From the human T2T-CHM13v2.0 reference genome, Homo sapiens, in assembly GCF_009914755.1 (NCBI RefSeq), contig NC_060937.1: DNA of 64,000 nt. The stretch is one strand, 5' to 3'. The first letter of the stretch is position 1. Every line of letters begins with the position of its first letter. The translations under genes were made by a program, and so were the position numbers. The notes below the pieces were generated by a model. It saw nothing but the letters and a program-made list of their open reading frames with translations. It made no database searches and was not told where the DNA came from. Positions 15,799 to 30,791 of this stretch are shown in pieces.

Positions 15799-16729
15799 TG
15801 GCTGAAGAGCTCTTAAGCTGTCAGAGATGAATAACTATCAATTACTTGCCTCCTTCTATGTTGTTTAGATGACTCTGTAACTCTCCTATTTAACCAAATG
15901 TATGATTTACTTCAGTATTAGCTCTTAGGTTGGCATTCTTACATTTTTGAAATTATAGAATTTTATTAGAAAGTTTCCAAACTACAGCAATGTTATTTCT
16001 TCTAGTGAAATTAGGAAATCTTTGTGTATGTCAAAAGCAAATGTGGCAACACATTACTATCTTAAGAATAATATATTTTTCACTTAAATATACGTAAGTA
16101 TACCATATTTATTTACAACTTTGTGTACATTGTTTATTTTAAGAAATAAACTTATGAGGACAGAAACAATGTTGTCTAAAAATAAAAGATCTCAAATATC
16201 TATACCTTGATATTTAAAGACAGTAACAAAAAATAATTTTCCTAAAAAATCAAAACTGTTTTCTTACTTTAAATTTCAGCAAATGCAATGCAATAAACAA
16301 AATGACTTTAAGAAAATTTGAAATTTAGGACAATTTTATAACTTTTTTTTGTATTTGAGTATGATGAGTTGGGTCTGGATTTTCTAATCACATTCTGAGA
16401 TTGTAAGCTATTAAGAATTTTAAAAAAATTTTTCTGTAGTATCCACTCAGGTACTAAATAATAACTGCCAGAAGTAATTAAGCAAAGTACTTCAAACTGA
16501 ATAATCTGTTTGCTGACATACTTCCATTTCCTTTCGAATGTAAGATAATTACATGATGATATTTTATTTCCAAAATAGAATACTGAATAGTGGAAAGCAA
16601 ACACTTTTCCAGTGTCAATTATTATGGAATTACTGTATCAGAGTTTGAATGAATGAATTGAAAAAATGGTAATATTAATACATTTAAGGTAACAGTACAT
16701 ATACAAGTACTGTTCCTTTTCTTCCACAG

Positions 16730-16947
16730 CAGTAGTTCTCAACCAAGGGTGATTATACCTCCAGGGACAGGACTATTTGGTAATATCTGAATACACTTCT
16801 GGTTGCTGCATTTTGATTAACACTGCTTCTGGCATCTAGTAAGCACAGGCGAGGAATGCTGCAAACATGCTACCATATAAAAGACCATTCCCAAAACAAA
16901 TAAATACTGGAACCAAAATATTGATCATGCCAGGATTAAGAACCCTA
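16730..16947 (+). mobile_element. MER20 hAT-Charlie MITE
   Basis: cagtagttctcaacc...ctggcatctagt...ggaatgctgcaaacat...ttaagaaccct; about 220 bp with degenerate TIRs. Confidence 0.8.
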
Positions 16948-17134
16948 TTCGATGGTCAATTGTAGGGACTTAGTAATTTCTGATCAAGATAGCCAAATAT
17001 TAAAGACAAGCTAGACAGAGTTGAAATAAAATAGAAGATCATTTGTCACAATTCATTTGATCCGATCTTTTTATATAATTGAATTTCAGGTTCTGTTTGG
17101 TAAAGATAACTTGCTCAAGGTCATTAAGTCTATG

Positions 17135-17225
17135 CTACTTATCTATAGACTAATTTCAAGGTAAGGACTTGGATCTCATCCTACTTATCTATAGACTAAT
17201 TTCAAGGTGGGACTTGGATCTCTTC
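17135..17225. repeat. Direct tandem duplication, about 46 bp x2, inside a MIR-like fragment
   Basis: ctacttatctatagactaatttcaaggtaaggacttggatctcatc then ctacttatctatagactaatttcaaggtgggacttggatctcttc. Confidence 0.92.
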
Positions 17226-20200
17226 ATTTTTTAGGCTACTACAGTTTTTAAAAATGAGATATTTCAGAATTCAGGTCATCACACCCAGAGTTGATATTCC
17301 AATACAAGAAGATAAAATGGATTCTGAAATCCTTGATTTCAATGATGATAGACACTTCAGTGACTTTTTTTTAATCATACTCTGAAATGGAATTCAGTTT
17401 TGAAGAGAGCTGAACATATCACCTTCATAAGATTCAACACTGTCAAAAGAAGTTATTTTAAAAGTATTTGGATGAAATGAGTGCATTTTGAATAGTGCTT
17501 TCTAATTGATAGATATTATTCATATTTTATTTTTATGGTGGTACAAATTCTAGCTTATTTTAAAATAATATTACATTAGTTACATTTATCTATGTACAAT
17601 TATTATGATTTTAATCCTTTTGTTTTTGCTAAGCCAGTATAGATCCCAATAAGCTTTATTATTAGGTGGCATCGTTGTCCTTTTTAAAAATTTGCATCTG
17701 AAAACTTATTCTGGTTTTAAGTAGTGAGAGAATGTATCTGTTATAGACCACATTGCACAAAATGCTTTATAAATGATTTGTTTTTTGCTTTTGCTTTTTT
17801 AGATACCTGCTACTCTTTAGGAAACTGTAATTACTATAGTAAGAAGTGAGACATTTCTTAAGAGCTTTAAATCCATCTTTTCTGGCTTAATAACTACTAA
17901 GCACTTAAGGTGAGTTGCTTGTGGGGAATAGCATCCAGTCCTCATGTTACCGCAGTGGGGCTGGCAGTCAGGGTAAATCAACAAAGGGAAGGGAGAGAAT
18001 GAGATAAAAGAAAAGTTGTATTATTTCAGAATTCAGTCCAACCAGGAATTGTACTGAAGTCAGACTTGACCTCAAGCCATTCAAATAAGAAATACAACAA
18101 GAATAGAAACTTCAGTACGCTGTGAAAAATTTCTGGATGACACTTACAACTTATAGAATCTTCTCAATTGCATTGTGGTTTCTTTTGTGAGGTACAAGCA
18201 CAAAGCATAATGTGTCCCAACCCCTCAGAGAGGCAGAGCCACATGGACACTGCAAGGTCTGTATGTTGGCTCAACTCCATGTCAGCATACTGTCAAAATA
18301 AAGAATGATATATAAATCTGTGCATTGTGCCAACACCAGCATATAAACTACCTGGAGTTCATCCAGCTTTGCACAGAGGGCACCTTTGTACAGCAAACCC
18401 AGAATATTCTTATGATGTAATGTTATTGAGGGATACTATCAAGGGTAGAGATTTGTAAACTTTTTGACAAAGATATGTAGCAAATCTTTCCAAATTTTTA
18501 TATTCTATGTACCCTTTGTGTTACAAAAACTATATGGTTTGTGTTTATTCTACAATTTATCCATCTAAATCTGCATATTTTAAAATATAAACTCATAATT
18601 GGGTGGAAATGTATCATGAAAAATGTCAGAGATATTAAATAGCACTTGATGTAGGAGAAAATCAGGCTTATGTAAACAGAAATAGGGTATCTCAATGAGA
18701 ATTGTAGGAGAATAAAGAATAAGCTGAGAAGGGCAAAAAAGATTGATTCAATCAGCCTCACGAGGTTTCTGATTTTTGCAGTACAAGGGGAATGTAGCTA
18801 CAATGGTGATACAGTAGAAACCACCATTTGAGAAATTTCTACAGGTTACCTGGAGGTATTTCATTAAAAAAAATTTAAACCTAAGTAACTCTGGGAAGGT
18901 GAGCACTCTAACAAGGATTGGATCTCGTAGCAACTGAGAATGGCCAAGAACCCAAAGACTGTAAAAAGCCAGATGGAGAAATTAATGATGTAGCTGTTCT
19001 GTGTGTCTTTTTGTAACCAAGGTTGTTACTTGTGATTTTCCACACAGTAATAAAAAGTGGTATAATTTCTGGACACTCTTGATAGCTACCTGTATAGGCA
19101 GTGATCTCCAGGGCAAGAGTCAGGAGGAATGGAGAGGTGCACGGAAGCACACTGAACAAGGAGTAAGGGTAAATTCAAGGTTTAGAGTCAGAAAGGTGGA
19201 ATTAATCTTTACTAATGAATTTGCTACCATTGGTAAGAAAATCAGGATAAAGCTTCCTATAAAATAAACTCCGATTCTGGAATATTTATACCCTATCCAG
19301 AAAGTCTAGAAGCACTTTACTTTCAGGTATTTTAAGAAGGGAACTTAAGAGAAGGCAGATTTTCCTATATTTTGGACATGACAGAAATGTTGTATATCTA
19401 AAAATGCATGAGTCATAACAAACATCAAAATTCCATGCTCTAATGATATATTCTACTTTCAAATATTTGGTCATCAATAGGGAATTAATAGAACAGTATT
19501 TCAACACTGCAATCAGATTATAAGCAGAGTCTTCAGATGCATTGCTTGTCTAATCTAATACAAAGTACCCTACATTTCAACCTGAGTTAGAAAAACTCCA
19601 TTCATTATTTTGCTGCAGAATCTTTAGCTGTAGATACAGAATCATACCAGATAAAGTGTCCTTTGTGGATTTAACTTGTAAAGCCTCCCATGTAGATGTT
19701 TTAAAGTTGAAATTGGTTTTGCAACACTGTGATTCATGTCAGATTGGGATGTTTATTTAATGTTTCCATTGTTTTATAGAAAAAAAAGAGAAATTCTTCA
19801 ATAAAATCTGATCTTATTTATTTATTCACTGGTAAGGCCTAACTGTTTCATTATTAACTACAAGATGATGATTTTATAGTTGATATAATTTGAGGCCAAG
19901 TGTTTTAATTTGATGCCTCTGGCTAGATTTTTATGTCACACAATTTTACTAAAGGTAGTGATTCTTTTTAAAAAATACCTTCAAAAATTCTCTTATTTTG
20001 GAATATTAGGTTTGTTCCTTTGCAGCAGCTACCTCCATATTTCTATCACAATATTTTTGATAGAATTTGCCTTACCTTAATAGCGATACACTGGCTTTTG
20101 TATGCTTATTTAGTACAGTAGATGTGCTGTCAATTAATATTCAAATTGCCTATATTTACATATTTCATTTTTCATATTTTTATTTTGAAGCAAACTCAAA

Positions 20201-20709
20201 CCTACGAGAAACTTGCAAGTATAAGAAATGTAGATTCCTTAAACATGTTTTCACCCATGAATATGTTCTTTATATTTCCTGCTATCATGTCATTCTAGTG
20301 ATGACCTTGCCAAGCAATCACATTGCAACCTCTTAATCAAGAGTTGAGTGCCTCTAGTTCTTGTCTGTGTAGGTTGTCTCTGCAGACCCTTCAAACAATT
20401 TTTGCATCATGTTTAGAGTTTGTGATTGTTACCTGTGAGAGAGCTATTCTAGTAAACACAACTCTGTCATAAACAGAACCTGACAAGGTAAATTTTGTTT
20501 TAAGACCAACAATTATAAAAGCAAAAGAATAATTCCAATATATCAAAGTAGAGTTCTCTAAATTTTCAGCATTTGATGAGAAAATTGGAAATGGATCGCT
20601 TCACTTTTCAGTGAAAACATTAATAATTGCTAACCAGTATAATCATGAAAAGGCAGGCAAAAACATGGATTTAAAACATCAGAATTGTTTTCTTTTACAA
20701 ATTCAGTGA

Positions 20710-21040
<331 letters not shown>

Positions 21041-21071
21041 GGGAGAGACATTTTACAATAAACTTCATTAT

Positions 21072-21368
21072 CTTTTTTTCTTTTGTTTGAGACCGAGTCT
21101 TCTCTCTGTCACCCAGGCTGGAGTATAGTGGCATTGTCTCAGTTCACTGCAACCTCGGTCTCCCAGGTTTAAGCGATTCTCCTACCTTAACCTCCTGAGT
21201 AGCAGGACTATAGTAGGCCCAGCTAATTTTGTTTCTTTTTGTATTTTTAGTAGAGATGGGGTTTTACCCTATTGGCCAGGCTGGTCTCAAACTCCTGGCC
21301 TCAAGTGATCCGCCTGCCTCGGCCTGCCAACATGCTGGGATTACAGATGTGAGCCACTACACCTGGTC
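21072..21368 (-). mobile_element. Alu (AluS/J, diverged)
   Basis: Dimer with a small deletion near the arm junction. Confidence 0.9.
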
Positions 21369-21456
21369 AAACGTCATTACCTTTAAAATTTTTGTTTTAC
21401 AAAGAGGAAGAAAAGAAATCTTTTAAAAATGTGTATTCCTCATGGGTGCTTTACAT

Positions 21457-21762
<306 letters not shown>

Positions 21763-22692
21763 ACATACATTATTTTAATTAATTTTTAGGACAGGTAAAA
21801 TGCCTTCTAAACAATTGTTACCATTTTATTAATGTTATAGAAAGAATAATCTGAGTTTCACAGAGGTGCAAATGACTAATTTGAGGTATCAAAGACGCTC
21901 ATTTGAGAAAATCAGATATGAATCCTGATTTTGCTGAGTCTAGTGACCATAATGCCTTAAGCCCTAACTTGTTAGTATCATCTGCCTTATAGACACAAAG
22001 ATAAATTACTTTTTGTAGTCTGATTGGGACACGGGTGTTTGCTAATTTTTAGGTCAAAATATGCCCCTAAGTAGCTTTCAAAAGGTATGAAATCATTTTC
22101 TTTATCAATTTAGTTTTATTCATTTGTTTCCTTAAGCCTTCTTTTCTAGATTTATATTTGGCTGAAGGCACACAGTTGAATTGAAATGTGATTTCTATAG
22201 TGTGATATTAGCTAATACTCAGCATTCTCAGGGAAAAAGCTCGTGGCACAAAAGTAAAAATAAACTATTTTTCGTATTATTAGCTTTGTCACAGTCACTA
22301 CAGAAATATTAGAAAACACAGTGACCCAAAGAAAAAAATGAAAACATTCCTGATTCCACCATCCTGAGGAAACAGTCATAATTTTTCTATGGCCATCCAG
22401 AAACTAAACTCTAATTTTTAAAAATTCTTTCAAGAAGCATGTTTTGTTATGTACATTAGGCTTTTACATCAATAATAATTAAGGCCCATTAATTCTTGAA
22501 GTTGTCTATGATTGCATCTTCAGTCTTTTATGGCATACAAATCTAAAAATGTGCTTTTGTTAGTAAAATTAATAATATATATTCCATTATAGTTTGAGAA
22601 TTTCTGTTTTGCAAGCTGCTTTTTGATGCCTCATAGGGAAAAGGGACAGAAATTAGAGTAGCATATAGTGGATTAATAAAATGTTTGTTCCT

Positions 22693-22768
22693 TGTGTGTA
22701 CACATGTATGTGTGTGTGTTTGTGTGTGTGTGTGTATATATATATTCGTGTATATATATACATATATA
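22693..22768. repeat. (TG)n/(TA)n microsatellite
   Basis: Read directly. Confidence 0.85.
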
Positions 22769-23459
22769 AGTATTTAATAATCCTCTTTTATGCCTTGGTG
22801 TTAGTTCATTAGTTATTGGTCCAAGACAATGATAAAGAATGGTAATTTCAAAACCGAGTGAATAATTTTTAGTAGAATCCAATTTTCATAATTTTGCTAC
22901 ATATATATAACACTGTGTGAATGGAGACAGATGTTTTTCCACTATCCATGCATGTAAGAAATTATACATGAATATATGACATCATATTACATCTTCTTGC
23001 TTTTTCATAATATTTAGTTTTTCACTCATTTCAAATTCATTACAGTAGCTACAATTTTGATAGATTTAAATGAATTGCAAAATTAAAATGTTTAAAAGTT
23101 GAAATACTTGCATATAATGTAGACAATTTTGATAAGAAATTTTCAGAATTTGGGGAAATATAACTATAGTTACAAAAAGTTTATATATTAATGCTAAAAT
23201 TCTATTTTTTCTGTAAAGATTTTGTAAGATGCTACTAGTTTTTTTCTATTAAAATTAGTTTTGGCTTTCATAGAAGTCCTTTCATATGAACAATAAAAAA
23301 TTCTAGAAAATTAATAATAAGATTCATCAAAATTGCTTTTCACGTAACTTTATTAGAATGTATCTATTAAGTGAAGGGATGTATATAAATATTATAAAAA
23401 TACTACCCTTACATAGGTGTTTATTTTACAGCTACAGAAGTATATGTCACAGTAATAAC

Positions 23460-23926
23460 TGTGAGAAAACATTAAAACATTTTAAATGGCCTGTTTTCAA
23501 CACATGATAAATCTCAGTACTGGCAGCCAGCCTGCAAATGTAGCAAACCGCACAGCTTATGCACCTAGAGGGTCACAATAAGTGAACAGAATGTAGAGGA
23601 GGGGTCAGCTCATAAAAGGGAAGAAATTTTCCTTATTGGGAAATTGAAACTTAAGTGGGAAAGGGGACCACAGTATAACCTTATAAGGGGGATAATGAAA
23701 CTTAGGTGACATCCCAGAAGATTGTAGCCCCATAGTACTCAACCAATGAGGAACTGGGGGAGGAACTTGCATGCTAGGAGATAAATTACCACTTGTGACT
23801 GTCCCAGGTGTGCCTTCCACCAGAGACCCAGTCTTGCAAGGCAGTTATTAAAAAGTCTCACTTTCGCTGTTGTCCGTACCTCTAAGTCCATTCTTTGGGT
23901 TTGGACACGTGAGTGTGTTTCTCACA
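23460..23926 (+). promoter_or_regulatory. 5' LTR of the provirus
   Basis: tgtgagaaaac...tgtttctcaca; CCAAT near 23743, ATTAAA near 23847; private 8-bp duplication aaaacatt at its start. Confidence 0.92.
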
Positions 23927-23930
23927 AACC

Positions 23931-23948
23931 TGGGGGCCTGTCCGGGAT
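23931..23948 (+). promoter_or_regulatory. Primer-binding site, tRNA-Pro
   Basis: tgggggcctgtccgggat versus canonical Pro PBS TGGGGGCTCGTCCGGGAT (2 differences), 4 nt after the LTR. Confidence 0.9.
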
Positions 23949-25134
23949 CTCTGTGCCTGTGTGGAGTGGGACTCCAGCTGAGAGGGGAGACGCGTCCCAC
24001 CCGATTTAGGTGGCCTACTCTGTCTGGGCAGTACAAGCTCCCCACAAAAGCCATAGATCAACTGGAGACTGTTACTCAGGAGACACTGGAGGTGACACAG
24101 GGAGAAAAGCAGGCACCGTGGCAACGAAGGCAACCTCTTGCATCAGCCAAGGTAGGAAAGTTGGACTGCAAGTACTGCCTTGGTGGTTGGGCATTTTCAG
24201 AGATCTCGGGATATGCAAGAAAATTCCAGTAAGTGGGGGTTGAGTACACACGGGTGTGCAAGAAACCTCCAGTAAGAGGGGCTGAGTACACAGGGAAAAA
24301 CTTGGACACAGAGACTGGCTGAAAATGGGAGACAGGAACTTTAGGTCTAGGGGACAAAGGAAAGAGGGAGCCAAAGAGAGTCCCTCTGGCATTACCCTGG
24401 ATAGTCCTTTGGGGAGAATGTTGCAGGTTTGGAAGGGGACAAGCCTTGAACCAGGGACAAGGAAAAGCAAAACATGATAAAGTATTGCTGTTTTGTCTGG
24501 CCCAAAGACTCCATTTGTAAGCCTTCAGTCTTTTGGTCTAAGTTTGGCTCAGATGACGATTGGGCATGCCAAGCTTTAATTCTCTATGTGAATACCAAAA
24601 CCCCATCCTCACAAGAAGACATAGGTTCCGCTCTCTGCTGGATCAAGGAATTAGCCCCCGTGTTCCCCCTCAAAGAAGAAAGAAAAGAGAAACTGGGAAA
24701 GGGAGAAAGGAAACGGGAGGAAGAGAGGGTGAAATAGAAGAAGAAAATGATCGAGAAAGAGACTGGAAATGTCAGAGATCAAAGAGAGATGCAGAAGGTG
24801 AGACGGGGAGGAAAATATTGTAAAAGGAAGAAAGAGTACCAGAGGAATTGAGAGTATATGGAGAATGTGACAGGGCTGGGGGAAGGTTCTAGAGGCTCAA
24901 GCAACAAGGAGGTGCAAGGAAAGGGTGCAGTGTGGCCACTGAGGAGGGACAGAGCCTGGGAACTGGGGGAAGCAAGTGAGAAAGGGATGTGGAGGGGAGT
25001 TTAGGATCAAGCTGTTTGAGGAGTAGTGGTTTGCCTACAGCAAAGACTAGATGACTGTTTGTCAGGAGGCGGTAGAAAGAATTCAGGTTATAGAAGGGTA
25101 AATGGATAAGATGACCATTAAGATTTTGTTGTTG

Positions 25135-25498
<364 letters not shown>

Positions 25499-25756
25499 CT
25501 ACATGAGGAAGAACGGAAAGAAACTGCAAAAGATTGATGGATGGAATAAAAAACTGATTGAGGAATTCCTGAGAGAGGCTCATGTCTTTGTAAGGAGAGA
25601 GGAAGAGAAGCAGAAACAAAAAGCGAAAATCATGGTTTCCACTGCGGAAAAGGTAGTCAGAAAAAGGTTAGATCAAGATCCCACTGGAAGGAGACAAGGG
25701 AGTGGTGGATTTTGACACAGAGAAAGAAGGGAGATGCAGGGAAAAGTCCATGAGTA

Positions 25757-26343
25757 TGTTTGAAATACTTGTTTCTTGGTGCCGTAAAGAAATAGCACTT
25801 GAACATAAATAATTTATTTAGTAAGGCCATTTTTACTTCCTGCAGAAAGGGTACACTTGCCAGCAGTTTTGCCATGAGAGTACACTGAACAAAAGAGACA
25901 GGGTCATTTATAACCTGATGCATCCACCCTACTGCTGTGTCCGGTTTCCATTGGCTGGAACGGGACCTCACATTCCGTATTTGTCCTGATTGGCTAGCAA
26001 CTTAGAACTTTTTAAAAGAGGAAAAGGTAGAGGAGAACAAAGGAAGGAGGAAGTAACTTGCGGAATGTTGAGAAGGGTAAAAACACTTTTAAATAAGGAA
26101 GAGGAACAGGCTATGACCTAATGCTTGCTTGGACCAGTATAAGCATACCAGGGCAAATATTTAGGCTAAATTGTGGGAGCTAAGAACATAAAGTACATTG
26201 ATTTCTTTATTACGGCTAGCAGATATTTAAGAATGTTAGCACAGGTCTTTGAATAAATTTTGCTTCTAAGAGAAGTTACTATTTATTCGTAATTAGACGG
26301 GGAGGAAAGTCTTTGAAGAGCAACCTCTACTTTACTTTTTATA
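25757..26343 (-). mobile_element. LTR10C-like (HERV-I) solo LTR inserted antisense in gag
   Basis: Minus strand starts tataaaaagtaaagtagaggttgctcttcaaagactttcctccccgtctaatt and ends tttcaaaca; near-TSD AGTA/AGTG; removing it rejoins gag just before the zinc knuckle. Confidence 0.85.
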
Positions 26344-26448
26344 AGTGGATGTTACCAGTGTGGAAAGCGAGGGCATTTTAAGAGAGAATGTCCTGAATGA
26401 AAAAAAGAAGAAAAGGTGATCCCCCTCATGACCCTTAATGAAGACTAG

Positions 26449-27036
26449 GGGGGTTCAGGGGTTCCTCCTGAGTAGGTCCCACCAGGAACCCTTGATAAAT
26501 TTGAAGGTAGGACCAGAGGCAGAAGAAATGACATATTTGGTTAATGCTGGGGAGGCTCGCTCCTCCCTAATTCACCAACCAAGGGTTACAGAATTCTCTA
26601 GGAAAAATTGACAGTATGAGGGGTGAAAGGGGAGGGATTTCCAGTTCTGATAGTCAAGACAATGTTACTTAGATTGGGATGAAAACAAATTGACGGGCCA
26701 TTCTTATATGTTCATGAAGCAGGAACTGACCTCCTAGGTAGAGACTGAGTGTGAGATTGGGTTTAAGATAAGGAATAGAGGAAGGACAAATAAAAGTAAA
26801 GATGAGCCTCCTAACAGAGGAGGAGGAAAGAAAAAATTAATCCCCCTGTGTGGGTTGGGGACGGCAACAGGAGAGGGTTAAAAATCACACCCTTATAGAT
26901 TGAACTAAAGCAATCAGTAAAAGTAGTTTGTAGAAAAGAATATCCCATTTCCATTGAAGGGAGAAAAGATTTCCAACCAGAAATAGAGGGTTTGATTAAA
27001 AATGGACTATTAGAACCTTGCATGTCACCATACAAC
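26449..27036 (+). pseudogene. pol: ERV protease and reverse-transcriptase N-terminus (defective)
   Basis: Decayed active site YLVNAGEARSSL (from FLVDTGA), LLGRD at 26731-26745, RT start KEYPISIEG...LIKNGLLEPCMSPYN. Confidence 0.85.
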
Positions 27037-27360
27037 CCTCCTTTGGGTTGCTTATCTGGAGGGCAGAGTTTCTGTGTCTGTTCCCCGACATCTTCTTGCA
27101 GCTGTAGGCATCCGCCCAAGTCCTCTTTTAGCTTCCCTACCTTAGTGTGCCTAAAGGGAAACGAATGTGCTTATTAAGGCCTTACTTTTACTGGAGCACA
27201 TCTTATGAGTGTGAAGTTGGTGATTACCCAAGAGTCTTTCTCCCACCCCTCCTTCTGTGCTTAAGCTGTTTATCTGTGATTTACAGCCTGAACTTTCAGG
27301 CTGCCCTTTGTTAGAAGAGAAGTGATTTCTTTGAACTGCATGAAGTTAGAAAGGAAGCTA
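27037..27360 (-). mobile_element. Internal fragment of an unrelated LTR (LTR9/MER61-like) replacing most of pol
   Basis: Minus strand tctcttctaacaaagggcagcctgaaagttcaggctgtaaatcacagataa resembles the LTR9-group U3 as I recall it; no TG/CA termini or TSD; no pol motifs. Confidence 0.5.
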
Positions 27361-28002
27361 CCTCAAGGGTGTTAAGGGAAATTATGGAAGGTTTACAAAT
27401 TAGTTGGGATTATCACACCCCTTGGTATCCCCCTTCCTCTGGAAAGGTAGAAAGAATAAATCAACTCTCATAAAGCATATCACCAATCTAATCTTAGAAA
27501 CTAAGATGCCTTGAGCCAAATGTCTCCCAATAGCACTCCTTAGCATTAGGACAGCCCCAAGAAAAGACTTGGGATTGTCCTTCTATGGGTTATGATATGG
27601 ACTCCCATATTTGGGCAGGGCTACAGATCTTCTTACTACGGAAACCAAGAATAAATTATTAAGAAATTGTATACTGACCATATCCTCCACCCTGTCATCC
27701 CTCAGGTTAAAAGGACTTCTGACTCAAACTCCACTTCTAGAGTTCAGGTTCAGCACTTCCAGCCCGGCGACTTGGTGCTGATTAAGACTTGGGAAGAAGA
27801 CAAGCTCCACCCAAACTGAGAAGGTCCCTACCAAGCGCTCCTGACCACTGAGACAGCTGTGTGAACAGTGGAACGGGGGTGAGCTCAGTATACTTGAGTC
27901 AAGGGACTGGTAAGAGAAACCCTGGAAAGGAGGGGAAAAGACCAGTGGAAAGTGCACAGGTCACCTGAGGAACCCTTGAAGTTAACTCTGAGAAAAATCT
28001 AA
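27361..28002 (+). pseudogene. pol: ERV integrase C-terminal half (defective)
   Basis: LQISWDYHTPWYPPSSGKVERINQ core motif; GPY module EGPYQALLTTETAV near 27820-27862. Confidence 0.85.
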
Positions 28003-28011
28003 AAAGAAAAC

Positions 28012-30320
<2,309 letters not shown>

Positions 30321-30335
30321 AGAAAAGAGGAGGGA
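30321..30335 (+). promoter_or_regulatory. Polypurine tract
   Basis: agaaaagaggaggga just before the 3' LTR. Confidence 0.88.
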
Positions 30336-30338
30336 ATT

Positions 30339-30791
30339 TGTGAGAAAACATTTTAAATGGTCCACTTCAAGGCATGGTAAATTTAAGTACTGGCAGCCAG
30401 CCTGCAAATGTAACAAATCACACGGCTCATGCACCTAGGTCACAGTAAGTGAACAGAATGTAGAGGAGGAGTCAGCTCACAAAAGGGAAGAAAGTTTCAT
30501 CATTGGGAAATCGAAACTTAAGCAGAAGTGGACTTGGGTATAACTTTCTAAGGGGGATAATGAAACTTAGGCGATATCTGGGAAGATTGTATCCCCATAG
30601 TACTCGATCAATGAGGAACTCGGGGAGGGACTTGTGTGCTAGGAGATATATTACTCATTGTGACTGCCCTGGGTGTGCCCGCCCACCAGACACTGCTCTT
30701 GCAAGACCATTATTAAAAAGTCTCACTTTTGCTGTTCTTTGTGCCTTTAAGTCCATTCTTGGTGTTTGGACGGGTAATTGTGTTTCTCATA
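30339..30791 (+). promoter_or_regulatory. 3' LTR of the provirus
   Basis: Colinear with 23460-23926; ATTAAA near 30712; ends tgtttctcata followed by TAAC. Confidence 0.92.

Noticed and set aside
18000-19260. Possible coding or pseudogene block
   Set aside because: No recognisable protein motif in the listed ORFs; probably decayed ancient repeats I cannot name.
24221-24296. Imperfect direct repeat ccagtaag-gggg-tgagtacaca in the proviral leader
   Set aside because: Real, but leader repeats are ordinary in class I ERVs; no sign of a separate system.
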